From NCBI GenBank assembly GCA_965261595.1, contig CBDHDG010000006.1:576001-640000 (forward strand): 64,000 nt of DNA, given 5' to 3'. The translations under genes and the position numbers were made by a program. This document shows positions 1 through 11,885 of this stretch, one piece after another. This DNA comes from a bacterium. Its GTDB lineage: Bacteria > UBA8248 > JACPRG01 > G963555815. The first letter of the stretch is position 1, and every line of letters begins with the position of its first letter. Under the pieces are notes generated by a model. It made no database searches. It saw only the letters and a program-made list of their open reading frames with translations, and was not told the origin of the DNA.

Positions 1-461
1 CTCCTGTTTTCAGAATTGAGAAACCGGATGAGATCGGTCTGCCAGTGCTTCTGCGAGCGGTGAAAGGCCACGAGCAACGCCATGGCCCGAACATCATCGC
101 GGGTGATCTCGCCCTCCACCAGGCTGAGGGCCCTTTGGATGATTTCCTCGCGCATGGAATCGTCGATCAGCCCCATCTGATGGAGCTGAAGGAGACACCC
201 GCCGGCTTCGACCGTAAAGGCCAGATGCTCTTCGTCGCTGAACACCCGGAACGCCGCGCCGGTCCCCTCCCGTCCCTGGAACTCGTTCTCGCCCCAGGCC
301 CCGAAATGATGAAGCCAATGGAAGGCCTCGGAAATCTCTTCGGCGTCGAAGCCGTGAGAGCGGAGCATCTCGGCCATCTCCGGCTCGTAAAACGAGACTG
401 TGCTGTCCTTGAGAAGGTGCTCAATGATCAGGTTCACCATGTGGAACATTCGCTCACGCAT
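1..461 (-). CDS. smg: Smg/DUF494 family protein (runs off the window edge; absent from the ORF track)
   Basis: Manual translation of the minus strand from ATG at 461 gives MRERMFHMVNLIIEHL...LRSHGFDAEEISEAFHWL...FRVFSDEE...LHQMGLIDDSMREEIIQRA, matching Smg motifs. It lies directly downstream of dprA, the usual synteny. Confidence 0.8.
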   Translation of the reverse strand, partial: MRERMFHMVNLIIEHLLKDSTVSFYEPEMAEMLRSHGFDAEEISEAFHWLHHFGAWGENEFQGREGTGAAFRVFSDEEHLAFTVEAGGCLLQLHQMGLIDDSMREEIIQRALSLVEGEITRDDVRAMALLVAFHRSQKHWQTDLIRFLNSENR

Positions 462-499
462 CGGAATCGGCTCTCCCGCTCGGCGTCCATGCGCCCGGT

Positions 500-1627
500 T
501 CAGGCCCTCGCGAACACCTTCCCCGGATACTGTCGAATCAGCCCCTTGAGCTCGAGGGCCATCAAGGCCCCGGAAACCTCCGCCGCGCCCAGGCGGCTCT
601 CCGTGATCAACTGCTCGATCTGTTTGTCGTCTTCGGAGAGCAGACCGAAGATTTTCGCCTCGTCACCGGCCAGAAACGGCTCCGCGGCGTCCCCGCCCTC
701 CCCTCCCCCCCCCCCGGCCCCGGGCCGGCTCAGGCGGGCGGTCCATTCAGGAGAAAGCTGCGCGATGATGTCTTCGGCGGATTCCACCAAGGCGGCGCCC
801 TCCCGCAGGAGCCGGTGCGCGCCTTTGCTCTTGTCCGAATCGGCCCGCCCCGGAACGGCCATCACTTCGCGACCCTGCTCCGCCGCCAGGCGCCCCGTGA
901 TCAACGCGCCGCTCCGCTCGGCGGCCTCGACCACGACCGTTCCGGCACTCAAGCCGCTGATGATGCGGTTGCGCTGCGGAAAGTGCCGGGCCAGCGGCGG
1001 GTCTTCCAGGGGCCGTTCGCTGATGACCGCACCCTTTTCGATTATGGCGTCCTGCAACGCCGTCGCCTCGGGCGGATAAACGCGGGAGAGACCGCATCCG
1101 GCCACGGCCACCGTCCGTCCGCCGCCCTCCAAGGCCCCCTCGTGGGCCGCGATGTCGATCCCCCGGGCCATTCCGCTAACAACGGTGCAACCCCTTTGCG
1201 CGAGGTCGCGGCCCAAAATCCTAGCCATCCGGCGTCCATAGCTTGTGGGCCGCCGGGCGCCGACGACGGCGACCGGGCATCCCTCCTCGGCGAGCAGCCG
1301 GCCCAACACATAGAGGACCGGGGGCGGATCGTAAATCTCCCGGAGCTGGACGGGGTACTCCCCTTCGTCCTCCACGGTCCGGATGCGGACCCCGAGCCCG
1401 TCGGCGCGCTGAAATTCAGCCTCCAAAGCGGCCTCCCAGGAAAAAGAGGCCAGCCGGGCGGCCGCTTTGGGGGAAAGCCCGCCGCGGCGCTGCAACGTTT
1501 CGGTGTCCGCCCGCATAACCTCGCGGGGATCCCCGAAGGCGTCCGAGAGGCTTCTGATCTGGGCGGAAGCAAAGCCCGGCGCCAGGTTCAGCATAATCCA
1601 GGCCGCCCGCTTCTCGGGATCCGCCAA
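500..1627 (-). CDS. dprA: DNA processing protein DprA/Smf
   Basis: Motifs VAVVGAR, VVSGMARGID, FPQRNRIISGLS, VVVEAAERSGALIT and a C-terminal winged helix. Start taken at TTG 1627, after a GGAG RBS. Confidence 0.95.
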   Translation of the reverse strand: MADPEKRAAWIMLNLAPGFASAQIRSLSDAFGDPREVMRADTETLQRRGGLSPKAAARLASFSWEAALEAEFQRADGLGVRIRTVEDEGEYPVQLREIYDPPPVLYVLGRLLAEEGCPVAVVGARRPTSYGRRMARILGRDLAQRGCTVVSGMARGIDIAAHEGALEGGGRTVAVAGCGLSRVYPPEATALQDAIIEKGAVISERPLEDPPLARHFPQRNRIISGLSAGTVVVEAAERSGALITGRLAAEQGREVMAVPGRADSDKSKGAHRLLREGAALVESAEDIIAQLSPEWTARLSRPGAGGGGGEGGDAAEPFLAGDEAKIFGLLSEDDKQIEQLITESRLGAAEVSGALMALELKGLIRQYPGKVFARA

Positions 1628-1797
1628 CCAGCCCTCTCCCTTTCCGGAGACCCATCGAACCGCGGGGTACCCGCCCACTCGCTCCGCCGGGCCTTGAATC
1701 AGGCGGGTCCGCCCCGCTCAACGCGGGGCCGATGGCAATCGGCGACCATATATAAGATGGGCGTTTTAGGGTGTCAAGCAGGCCGGCCGTCGGGTCT

Positions 1798-3315
1798 TCA
1801 AAAGGGGAGCACCTCGAAACCTTCCTGGTGGAGACCCTTGTCCGCCTTTACGGAGACCCGGATGTCGAGATCGCGCTCGAGGCGCTCCAGGTGGGCGCTC
1901 TGATCCTCCAGCAATAGATCCACGACCGCGGGGTGGGCGTTGACCTTTAATTTCCGGGACCGCGAATCGTGGGTGTGCACCCGCCTGAGCTCCCGGAGGA
2001 TTTCATAGCAGACGGTGGTCGTGGACTTGATGATCCCCCGGCCGTCGCAATAGGCGCAGGACTGGCAGAGGGTCCGGCTGAGGCTGTCCCGAACCCTTTT
2101 TCGGGTCATCTCGACCAGCCCCATTTCTGAGATTTTCAGGATGCGGGTCCTGGATCGGTCGGACTTGAGCTCCTGAGCCAGGGTCTCGAAGACCTTTTCC
2201 TTGTTCTCCTCGCGCTCCATGTCGATGAAATCGATGATGATGATTCCGCCGATGTTCCGCAACCGGATCTGGAAGACCGCTTCCCGCACGGCTTCCATGT
2301 TGGTCTTGAGGATGGTCTCTTCCGGATCGCGTTTGCCCACAAACCGGCCGGTGTTGACGTCGATGCTGACGAGGGCCTCGGTCTGATCGATGACGATGTA
2401 GCCGCCGGACTTGAGCCAGACCCGACGGCCCAGGGCGCGCTCGATCTCGAGCTCGACGCCATAGGCGTCGAAGATGGGCTCCTGTCCGTCGTGGAGGACA
2501 ATGCGCGGGGCCAGGTGCGGGTAGTAGCTCTCGACGAACTCCAAGGTCTTGGCGTGGACCTCCGGGGCATCGATCACCATTTGCGAGATGCCTTCGCTGA
2601 ACAAGTCCCGAATCATCCGCAAAACCAAATTCAGGTCGTCATGGATGATGTTCGGGGATTTCACCGATTCACCGGTTTCCCGGGTTCGACTCCACAGCGT
2701 GGTCAGGAAGCGGATGTCGCTCTCGAACTCCGTCTCGGTGACCCCTTCGCTCACCGTGCGGACGATATACCCCCCGCCGTTTCCCTTGAGGCGGCGAACC
2801 AGCTTTTTCAGCCGTTTCCGCTCGACCTCGTCCTCAATCCGGCGGGAGACGCCGATCTGGTCCCCGGTCGGCATGAAGACGAGATAGCGGCCCGGAAGGG
2901 AAATGTAGGAGGTGATCCTGCACCCTTTGGTTCCGATGGGCTCCTTGGTGACCTGGACCATGACGTCTTCCCCGCTGCGGAGGAGGTCTTCGATGGGCTG
3001 GGAGGGGGCTCGCCGGCCCCGATCCCGGCGCTCGTATTCAATCTCCAGGTCTTCGCTCTGCTCCAGGAAGCCCTCGAGGTTGTCCCGGTCGACGTCCACG
3101 TCGGCTACGTAGAGGAAACCGGCCTTTTCAAGGCCGATGTCGACAAAGGCCGCCTGCATGCCCGGCAGAACCTTCGTGACCTTTCCTTTATAGATGTTGC
3201 CGACAATCCCCTCGTCCTGCTTGCGCTCGATGTAGAGCTCGGTGACAAGGTTGTTTTCCAGCAGGGCGACCCGGCTTTCCTGGGGTTCTACGTTGACGAT
3301 GAGTTTGGAAGGCAT
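1798..3315 (-). CDS. rng: Ribonuclease G/E (Rne/Rng family)
   Basis: S1 domain GNIYKGKVTKVLPGMQAAFVDIG, plus SIDVNTG, IIIIDFIDM and Zn-link CAYC. No RNase E scaffold tail. Confidence 0.93.
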   Translation of the reverse strand: MPSKLIVNVEPQESRVALLENNLVTELYIERKQDEGIVGNIYKGKVTKVLPGMQAAFVDIGLEKAGFLYVADVDVDRDNLEGFLEQSEDLEIEYERRDRGRRAPSQPIEDLLRSGEDVMVQVTKEPIGTKGCRITSYISLPGRYLVFMPTGDQIGVSRRIEDEVERKRLKKLVRRLKGNGGGYIVRTVSEGVTETEFESDIRFLTTLWSRTRETGESVKSPNIIHDDLNLVLRMIRDLFSEGISQMVIDAPEVHAKTLEFVESYYPHLAPRIVLHDGQEPIFDAYGVELEIERALGRRVWLKSGGYIVIDQTEALVSIDVNTGRFVGKRDPEETILKTNMEAVREAVFQIRLRNIGGIIIIDFIDMEREENKEKVFETLAQELKSDRSRTRILKISEMGLVEMTRKRVRDSLSRTLCQSCAYCDGRGIIKSTTTVCYEILRELRRVHTHDSRSRKLKVNAHPAVVDLLLEDQSAHLERLERDLDIRVSVKADKGLHQEGFEVLPF

Positions 3316-3613
3316 GGCAGACAGGAAGAAAAAGGTTGGCTCGGACGTTCCCGGCCTCGCGGCGTCATCTCCGGCACGACCGTTTGGATTTGGTTTTCTG
3401 GTCTCGGAGGCCGTTTGAAAGGAGGCTCAATAGGTCGGGCCGGTCGAAAAGACCGTTGTCCCCCCCCCTCCAACCAACAACGCCCCCGGGCTGACGATCA
3501 GGCGCCGGCTCTTCGGAGCCCTGACCCTATAGATAGTTACCGCCCGCCTCCGAAATGTCAAGAAACGCCCGGGGGAACGGCCTCTCCCGCGGGACCCGGG
3601 CCATTTCCGGTTT

Positions 3614-4711
3614 TCAGAAACTGAACCGCCGCATCCGGATGTTCAGAAGCAAGCCGATCCCCAGCAGCGTCACCACACTGGACGAACCTCCATAGCTCAT
3701 CAGGGGAAGCGGGAGCCCGACGATGGGAAGCATGCCCGTCGTCATGGCGACATTGAGAACAACGTGCAGGCACAAATAGCCCACCACCCCGGCGGCCAAA
3801 ATCGACCCGAAGAAGTCCCGGGACCGGTAGGCGACGGCCAATCCCAGGACGATCAGGATCGAGAACAAACCCAACATCCACATCGAGCCGACGAACCCGA
3901 CCTCCTCCGCCAAAACCGCCAGGATGAAATCTGTGTGTTGCGCGGGAAGGAAGTGGAGCTGACTCTGCGTGCCCGCGAGCAACCCCTTTCCCAGCAGCCC
4001 GCCGGAGCCGATGGCGATTTTGGCTTGCAGGCTGTGGTAGCCGGCGCCCAAGGGGTCTCCCCCATGGATAACCGTCAAGATCCGTTCCTTCTGATAGCCC
4101 TTCAGAAAGAACCAGCCGACGGAGGTCGCGGCCACCGCGCCCACCGCCAGGATGATGCTCGTCCCGAAACGAAGACCGACAGTCGCCACCACCGTGAGAC
4201 CGATCAGGATGATGACCAGGGCCGTGCCCAGGTCCGGCTCTTTGGCCACCAGGGCGGCCGGAACCAGGATGATGGCGGCCGGGATCGCCAAGTCCCGGAG
4301 CCGCAGCAATCCCCTCTTTTCTTCGTTCGAAAAGTACCGGGCCAGCGCGATGATCACCGCCAGCTTGGCGAACTCGGAGGGTTGAACGCGGAGGGGGCCG
4401 AAGACGAGCCACCGCTGGGCCCCCCCGACGCTTCTGCCCCAAAGCGGAACCAGAATCAGGAGCACAACGGCCAGGCCGTAGAGCAGATAGGCATGGCGGT
4501 GAACGAGGCGGTAATCGGTGAAAAGCAGAATCGTGACGCCGAGCAGGCCGATCCCGAACCAGTAAAGCTGGCGAATGTAAAGACCCTCCAATCCCCCGCT
4601 CTTGGAATAGGTGGCGCTGTAAATCATGGTGACGCCCGTCGCGGCCAGGAGGAAGGTGACGAGGATGATTCCCCAATCCAGCTGGGCGAGGAGGCGGCGC
4701 TCGAACATCAC
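3614..4711 (-). CDS. rodA: Rod shape-determining SEDS protein RodA
   Basis: GAQRWL, QPSEFAK, HTDFI and PLMSYGGSS motifs; follows PBP2. Confidence 0.95.
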   Translation of the reverse strand: MMFERRLLAQLDWGIILVTFLLAATGVTMIYSATYSKSGGLEGLYIRQLYWFGIGLLGVTILLFTDYRLVHRHAYLLYGLAVVLLILVPLWGRSVGGAQRWLVFGPLRVQPSEFAKLAVIIALARYFSNEEKRGLLRLRDLAIPAAIILVPAALVAKEPDLGTALVIILIGLTVVATVGLRFGTSIILAVGAVAATSVGWFFLKGYQKERILTVIHGGDPLGAGYHSLQAKIAIGSGGLLGKGLLAGTQSQLHFLPAQHTDFILAVLAEEVGFVGSMWMLGLFSILIVLGLAVAYRSRDFFGSILAAGVVGYLCLHVVLNVAMTTGMLPIVGLPLPLMSYGGSSSVVTLLGIGLLLNIRMRRFSF

Positions 4712-6642
4712 AAGGCTCCCGCACGGCGGGCCTCGGCCGCGCGCGGAGGCGCCGAAGCGGAGGCCCTCCGTCCGGCGCCGGGCGTTCCGGAGAACCGCGT
4801 GCCCGGAGGCAGTTTTTCCATCCGGATGCCGAGGTGGTAGGCGATCAGCTCCCGGGCCAGGGGGGCGTAACGGCTTCCCCCCACGCCGGCGTGTTCGGCC
4901 AGGACGACAACGGCGATGGTGGGTTCTTCATAGGGCGCAAACGCCACGAACCAGGCATGGTCCCGGAGCAAGCGGGATCCCTCTCGTTGTTCCTTCGAGT
5001 CCTTTCGGTGCTTGAGCCGGACCACCTGAGCCGTTCCGGTCTTGCCGGCGACCTGGATTCCCGGCACCTTGGCCCGGAATCCGGTGCCCCGCACATCCTG
5101 GACGACGCCCCGCAAGGCGGCCCGGATGATCTCCAGATTTTTCGGGCTGACGGGAAGGCGTCCCCGGACCTCCGGCCCGAAGGTTTCCCGGACCGTGCCG
5201 TCGTTCTCCTCGATCCGGCGGACGAGATTCGGCCGAAAGAGGGTTCCTCCGTTGGCGACGGCGGCGATGAGGACGACCATCTGTATCGGGGTCACCAGGG
5301 TATAGCCTTGCCCGATGGAAACGGAGACGGTCTCCCCGGTATACCACCGCTCGCCCAGCGCCTTCTTTTTCCAAGCGCGGGACGCAACGATGCCGCCCTT
5401 CTCCCCCCGGCTGACGATGCCCGTCGGCCGTCCCATGCCGAAGCCGGAGGCGAATCGGGCGATGCGGTCGATCCCCAGCTTCAGCCCGAGCTGATAGAAA
5501 AACACGTCGCACGATTCAACAATGGCCCGGTGCAGGTTGACGTTGCCGTGCCCGGCGGCTTTCCAGTCGCGGTAGTTCCGGTTGCCGAACCTGAACTGGC
5601 CGGGACAATACAAGGTTTCCGAAGGATCGAGGACGCCCTCCTCCAGCGCGGCGGCGGCCATGATGATCTTGAAGACCGAGCCGGGGGGATACTGGCCCCG
5701 GGTGGCGCGGTCCTGCAAGACGCGCAGGGGATTCTGGAGCAGAGAGGCCCAGGACGATGGACTCATCCCCTGGGTCAGGGTGTTGGGATCAAAACGCGGG
5801 TTGCTGGCCAGGGCGAGAATCTCGCCGTTGCGCGGGTCCATGGCGATCAGCACCCCGGGGTGGCCGGCCAACAGCGACTCGGCCTTTTTCTGAAGGTCCA
5901 GATCCAGGGTCAAGACCAGGTTCCGGCCGGGTTTGGCCGGCCGAACTCCGATCAGCTTGATTTCGCGCCCGAAGGCGTCCACCTCGACCCAACGCTTGCC
6001 GTACGCCCCTCGCAGGACCCCTTCGAACTCCCGCTCGATGCCATGCTTTCCGGTCATGTCGCCGGGCCGGTAGCCTCGTTTCTTCTTGAGTTGTGCGTCC
6101 GAGATCTCCCCGAGGTACCCCATCAAGTGTGCCGCGGTGTCCCGCTGGGGATAATCACGCTGGGGATTGATCCGGAGCAGAACGCCGGGAAGCTGCCAGC
6201 GGTGTTCCATCACCTGCCCGACCGCCTCGCGGGGAAGGTTCTTCTGGACGACGATGGGCTTGAAGGGGTTGCCCCGGTGAATCCGGGATCGGGCCCAATC
6301 GGGGTCGAGGCCGGTTTGCGCTTGCAGACGCTTGAGGGTCTTCGGCAGGTCGGGGACGGAGCGGACGATCAGGGCGAGATGAAAGGCCGCCCGGGTTCCC
6401 GCCAGCAGCCGTCCATCGCGGTCGAGAATCTTCCCCCGCAACCCGCGAACGAGTTTCGTCTCAATCCGGTTGGTCTCGGAGCGGCGGCGGAAATCCTCTC
6501 CGTGGATCACTTGCAGGTCCCAGAGCCGGATGATGAGGGCGCCGATGAAAACGAACGCAATGATCCCGATCGATATGAGACGCCGGTTCAGATTTCCCGT
6601 CTGTAGTTCGGACTGGTCCCGGCGCAGCTTTCGAAAGTTCAT
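4708..6642 (-). CDS. mrdA: Penicillin-binding protein 2
   Basis: SxxK (GSVFK), SxD (SCDV) and KTG motifs, with an N-terminal TM helix. The ATG at 6642 overlaps the mreD stop (ATGA). Confidence 0.95.
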   Translation of the reverse strand: MNFRKLRRDQSELQTGNLNRRLISIGIIAFVFIGALIIRLWDLQVIHGEDFRRRSETNRIETKLVRGLRGKILDRDGRLLAGTRAAFHLALIVRSVPDLPKTLKRLQAQTGLDPDWARSRIHRGNPFKPIVVQKNLPREAVGQVMEHRWQLPGVLLRINPQRDYPQRDTAAHLMGYLGEISDAQLKKKRGYRPGDMTGKHGIEREFEGVLRGAYGKRWVEVDAFGREIKLIGVRPAKPGRNLVLTLDLDLQKKAESLLAGHPGVLIAMDPRNGEILALASNPRFDPNTLTQGMSPSSWASLLQNPLRVLQDRATRGQYPPGSVFKIIMAAAALEEGVLDPSETLYCPGQFRFGNRNYRDWKAAGHGNVNLHRAIVESCDVFFYQLGLKLGIDRIARFASGFGMGRPTGIVSRGEKGGIVASRAWKKKALGERWYTGETVSVSIGQGYTLVTPIQMVVLIAAVANGGTLFRPNLVRRIEENDGTVRETFGPEVRGRLPVSPKNLEIIRAALRGVVQDVRGTGFRAKVPGIQVAGKTGTAQVVRLKHRKDSKEQREGSRLLRDHAWFVAFAPYEEPTIAVVVLAEHAGVGGSRYAPLARELIAYHLGIRMEKLPPGTRFSGTPGAGRRASASAPPRAAEARRAGAL

Positions 6643-7157
6643 CGAGACCTTCCCAGAGAGCCGTCGCCCGCCAACCGTTTCACCCGGAGCGTATAAGTCC
6701 GGACCATCCAACTCACCAGGGGGCTGACCGCGGTGTTGAGCAAAACAACGGTCCCGAGCGTGGTCCACACGGTCTTGTCCACCGAGACCCCGTACAGCAG
6801 GAAAATCGCGCCCAGGTGGATTGCCGCGTCGAACAGGGTGGCCAGGGGGACGACCAGAAGATGGGTGATCGTTGTATGATCCCCCAAGTTTCTGTGAAGC
6901 GCCCCCGCAACGTACCCGATGAGCCCTTTGGACAGGACGTTCTGGCCCAGAAGACTGCCCGAGAGGCCGTCCTGGAGCAGGCCCAACACCCAACCGTAAC
7001 CGATTCCGGCCTTCTTCCCCCGTATCAGCCCGAAACCGACGATCAGCAGGAGGATCAGGTCCGGCTTGGCGCCCGCCAAATCGGCCACAAACTCGGCCAG
7101 GGTCGTTTGTAGAACGAGAATGACAACGATCAGGCCGAGGTCATACAGAAAGATCAT
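6639..7157 (-). CDS. mreD: Rod shape-determining protein MreD
   Basis: Hydrophobic protein with PDLIL and GLLQD motifs, located between mreC and mrdA. Confidence 0.9.
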   Translation of the reverse strand: MIFLYDLGLIVVILVLQTTLAEFVADLAGAKPDLILLLIVGFGLIRGKKAGIGYGWVLGLLQDGLSGSLLGQNVLSKGLIGYVAGALHRNLGDHTTITHLLVVPLATLFDAAIHLGAIFLLYGVSVDKTVWTTLGTVVLLNTAVSPLVSWMVRTYTLRVKRLAGDGSLGRSR

Positions 7158-7987
7158 CGGGGAGGTCGCCGGCCCACCACAACGAGGACTTCTTCAAGAC
7201 GGGAAAAATCCACGGCGGGCCGTACGTCAATGGTCTGAAACATCTCCGTGCCGCTGCGATCCACGGCCTTCACCACGCCCACCGAAACGCCTTTGGGGTA
7301 TATCCCTCCGTAACCCGAGGAGATGACCTGGTCTTCCACCCGGATGTCTTCCTCCCGGGAAACGTACCGCAGGTATCCGGTGTTGCGGCCGTTGGATGAT
7401 CCGATGAAGACCCCGCCCGTTCGGGTGCGTTGGATCAGGGCGTCCACCGCGCCGCGGGCGTCGGTGATCAGCAGAACTTGCGCGTGCTTCGAGGCGACCC
7501 GGATGATGTGGCCCACGATCCCCTGATGATTCAGAACGGGGAGTCCTTCCTTGAAACCGGACTCAGAGCCGAGGTCCAGGGTGATGGTCTTCGACCAGTT
7601 GGCGGAGTCCCGGGCGATCACCGAAGCCGTGACGGTCTGGAAGGGCATCTGCCGCTGGAAAAAAAGGAGCCGGCGCAGCCGCGCGTTCTTGAGAAGAAGC
7701 TCCCGGTACGTGGTTTCCACGGTGCGCAGACGCTGCACCTCGGCCTTCAGGGATTCGTTCACCTCCCGGAGGTTTTCCCCCGAGGAGAGGTTGACGCTCA
7801 GCCGCCGAAGGGCGCCCACCGGCTTGTGGACCAGGGATTGAATCGAACCGCCGATGGCCAGCATCAGCCGCTCAACGGGAAGGGCGAGGCTTTTGTGGCG
7901 CACCTGGAGGGTCATCAAGGTCAGCGAGAAGATAATCAGGCCGCACACCAACAGGATGTCCTGGCGTCGCTCGCCGATGGGCCTCAT
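7154..7987 (-). CDS. mreC: Rod shape-determining protein MreC
   Basis: TM helix plus coiled coil (NARLRRLL), SSGYGGIYPKG and PAVDFSRLEEV motifs. Confidence 0.93.
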   Translation of the reverse strand: MRPIGERRQDILLVCGLIIFSLTLMTLQVRHKSLALPVERLMLAIGGSIQSLVHKPVGALRRLSVNLSSGENLREVNESLKAEVQRLRTVETTYRELLLKNARLRRLLFFQRQMPFQTVTASVIARDSANWSKTITLDLGSESGFKEGLPVLNHQGIVGHIIRVASKHAQVLLITDARGAVDALIQRTRTGGVFIGSSNGRNTGYLRYVSREEDIRVEDQVISSGYGGIYPKGVSVGVVKAVDRSGTEMFQTIDVRPAVDFSRLEEVLVVVGRRPPR

Positions 7988-8009
7988 GGGATCAAAAATT
8001 CTCCGAACG

Positions 8010-9062
<1,053 letters not shown>

Positions 9063-9390
9063 TTAAAGTCTGTATACCACTCGGGCCCCATGGACAAGAC
9101 AGATCCAAGCCCAAGGCGCATAACATCTTCCTTAAAGGGCAATTTAGCAATTCCATGACACGGATAGCAAGCGAAATGCGTGAATTTTAGTTTGAACCTT
9201 CATTCTCCGAGACTTACGGAGGATCTTGATTTACGGCCGGCAATGATCTAACTTGGTGGATATCTCGACAGCCCATATTGGCGCACTCGGTATCGATCTT
9301 GTCAAAAACGGGTGGAAAACCTATCGTTGAACAACCAGGGATCGTAACCGGAAACTCAACGGCCCCCATGCACCGGAGGTTGATTCCCCG

Positions 9391-11283
9391 ATGTTGAAGT
9401 TCATGCGCAAGCACGCCAATTCCTGGTTCATCAAGGTCATGATGGGGATGATCGTTGTGACCTTTGTGGGTTTTTTCGGCTGGAACGCCGCCCAAGGGCC
9501 GTTCACGAGGGATGTGGTCGCAACGGTGGACGGAGAGCCCCTTTCCCTCAGCGAGTATCAGGCGGCTTACCGGCAAACGTATGAACTCGTGCGCAGGATG
9601 TACGGCGGCGCCCTGGATGAAGCGGCGCTGAACCGGCTTCAGCTCGGCAGGCAGGCGATAGAGACGATCATCCGTTCCAGGCTTCAAAGCCGGCAGGCCC
9701 GCCTGGCCGGGATCTCGATCTCCAATGAAGAGCTGGCCCGCCACATCCAGAGTCGGCCGGCGTTCCAGCGCAACGGCCGGTTTGATCGCTCCCTCTACTT
9801 GGGAATCCTGCGGCGCAACCGGGTCCCCGTCGCGGCGTACGAGGAAGAACAAAGGGAGATTCTCCTTCTCGGGAGGATGGAGTCCATCATCCGGGACAGC
9901 GTCAAGGTGACCGGGCCCGAGATCGAGGATGCCTACCGCTGGAGCCGGGAGGGGGTCAAGGTGCGATACATGATTTTCCCGCCCAACCGACTGGAGAAGG
10001 AGGTGAAGGTCAAAGAAGACGATCTGCGCGCCTTTTTCGACCGGGAAAAGGGGCGGTTCCGCGTCCCCAAGAAGGTCCGGGCCGCTTATCTCTTCGCCGA
10101 TATCCAGTCCTTTGAGCGGTCCGTGAAGGTGACGGAGGAGGCGGTCGCCCAGGCGTATGAGGCGAGGAAGGAAGAGTTCCGGGAAGTCGCGCGGCGCAAG
10201 GCGCGCCACATCCTGATGAAGGTGCGGCCCGAGACGAAGCCGGACGATGTCGCGAAGGCGAAGAACAAGGCCGAAGGACTGCTGCGCCGCCTGCGCGACG
10301 GCGAGGATTTCGCCGTGTTGGCGAAAAAGTTTTCGGACGACCCGAACGCCGCTGATGGGGGGAAACTGGGCGCCGTCGCCCGGGGCGAGTTGGACCCGGC
10401 GTTCGAGAAAGCCCTGTTTGCGATGAAGGCGGGCGAGGTGAAAGGCCCCGTCAAGACCCCGTTCGGCTTTCACATCATTCGCCTGGACGCGATTGAACCC
10501 GAGCGGCTGCGGCCGCTTTCCGAAGTGAAGGCCTCCCTCATGGACGGACTCCGCGCCGCCCGCGCGGCGGCGGACGCCCGGGACGCCATCGAGAAGTTCT
10601 GGGTCGAGGTCTCGGAGGGAAGGGCGTTCGACAGTTTCCCGGAAACGGCGGGGATCAAGCGGGGCGTTTCGAAATTCTTCTCCGCCGACGGCAAGGGGCT
10701 GCCCGTTCCGGACTCCCGGAAGGTCGCCGCGGCCGCGCTCCGGCTCGCCAAAGGTGAACTCAGCGACCCCATCGAAGGAGAGAGCGGCTGGTACATGGTT
10801 CGCGTCACGGCCGAACAGGCCTCGCGGATCCCGGACCTGAAAGAGGTCCGCAAAGAGGCCCGGAAGGCGTACGTCCGAAGGCAGAGCGAGCGCCTGGCCG
10901 AGGAGCGGTCCAAGGGTTGGGTGAAATCCCTCGATGGGGGCGGACGCCTGCGGGAGATCGCCAAAAGGGAAGGATTGAAGGTGTCCGAAACCCTCTTCTT
11001 CACCAGGATCCGGCCCCTCGCCTCGCCCCGGACGGGGGATGAATTCTACGGGAAGGTCTTCGGGTTGAAGGCGGGCCGGGCCGGCCAGGCCGCGGCGCAA
11101 GGCGGGCGGATGCTCTTCGTCGTCACCGGCCGCAAGGCGGCCGACCTGGCGGAGTTGAAGAAGGACGACGGCCGGTTCCGCGCCCAGTACCTTCAGGACA
11201 AGCAGGGCCTTATCCTGAGAAGCTGGGCGAACGCCCTGCGCCGCTCAGCCGAGGTGGAGATCCGGCCTGGGATGAATCTGTAA
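9391..11283 (+). CDS. ppiD: PpiD-like periplasmic chaperone (SurA N-terminal + parvulin PPIase)
   Basis: N-terminal TM anchor and parvulin motifs ARHIL, FAVLAKKFSDD, GPVKTPFGFHII. Confidence 0.85.
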   Translation: MLKFMRKHANSWFIKVMMGMIVVTFVGFFGWNAAQGPFTRDVVATVDGEPLSLSEYQAAYRQTYELVRRMYGGALDEAALNRLQLGRQAIETIIRSRLQSRQARLAGISISNEELARHIQSRPAFQRNGRFDRSLYLGILRRNRVPVAAYEEEQREILLLGRMESIIRDSVKVTGPEIEDAYRWSREGVKVRYMIFPPNRLEKEVKVKEDDLRAFFDREKGRFRVPKKVRAAYLFADIQSFERSVKVTEEAVAQAYEARKEEFREVARRKARHILMKVRPETKPDDVAKAKNKAEGLLRRLRDGEDFAVLAKKFSDDPNAADGGKLGAVARGELDPAFEKALFAMKAGEVKGPVKTPFGFHIIRLDAIEPERLRPLSEVKASLMDGLRAARAAADARDAIEKFWVEVSEGRAFDSFPETAGIKRGVSKFFSADGKGLPVPDSRKVAAAALRLAKGELSDPIEGESGWYMVRVTAEQASRIPDLKEVRKEARKAYVRRQSERLAEERSKGWVKSLDGGGRLREIAKREGLKVSETLFFTRIRPLASPRTGDEFYGKVFGLKAGRAGQAAAQGGRMLFVVTGRKAADLAELKKDDGRFRAQYLQDKQGLILRSWANALRRSAEVEIRPGMNL

Positions 11284-11392
11284 GGCGGTCTTCGAATGCG
11301 GGGGATGACGGCGAAGGCCGCGTCCCCCCCCTCCCCCCCTCCCCCCCTGAAGCGGTCCAATCACTTTCAAACCCGGGCCTGTCTGACGGTTC

Positions 11393-11797
11393 TTAACCGT
11401 GGACCGGATGAATCCGGTCCACGGTCATCTCGAATACGAGACGCTTATCTTCCTTCATGGCGGCGAGGTATTCGTCCAGGTTGTCCGTCGGCCCTCCGTT
11501 GACAGCTTGGTAGAGGGCGAGGTTCTCTCGGCCGTCGGGGTCTTCGATGAGCCGGACGGTCCCCTCCACGGAGAGGTAGGCCTCGAAGAATTTTTCGAGG
11601 ATCACGCAGAGCGACGCCCGAGGGTCCCGCCGAAGGAGTTTTGTCTTGACCCGGTCCCAGGTGCAGGAGACCCGAATCTTCCCATCCATGAGCGCGTAGA
11701 GAACGGGGGAGAGGTGTGGCGCGCCGTCCTTCCGGAGGACGCAAAAAACGCCCCGGTGGTTCTCCTCCAGAAACCTCATGGCCTCATCGCGATTCAT
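11393..11797 (-). CDS. PPOX-class (pyridoxamine 5'-phosphate oxidase-like, putatively F420-dependent) oxidoreductase
   Basis: RKDGAPHLSPV and KTKLLRRDPRASL motifs of split-barrel PPOX proteins. Confidence 0.8.
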   Translation of the reverse strand: MNRDEAMRFLEENHRGVFCVLRKDGAPHLSPVLYALMDGKIRVSCTWDRVKTKLLRRDPRASLCVILEKFFEAYLSVEGTVRLIEDPDGRENLALYQAVNGGPTDNLDEYLAAMKEDKRLVFEMTVDRIHPVHG

Positions 11798-11885
11798 TGA
11801 GATCTCCTTCTCGTTCTTGTGTGCGTGTGCATTGCACGCATGGGGTTTTCCTTCGGCTCCGAGTCGGCCAAGACACGACCTTCTT

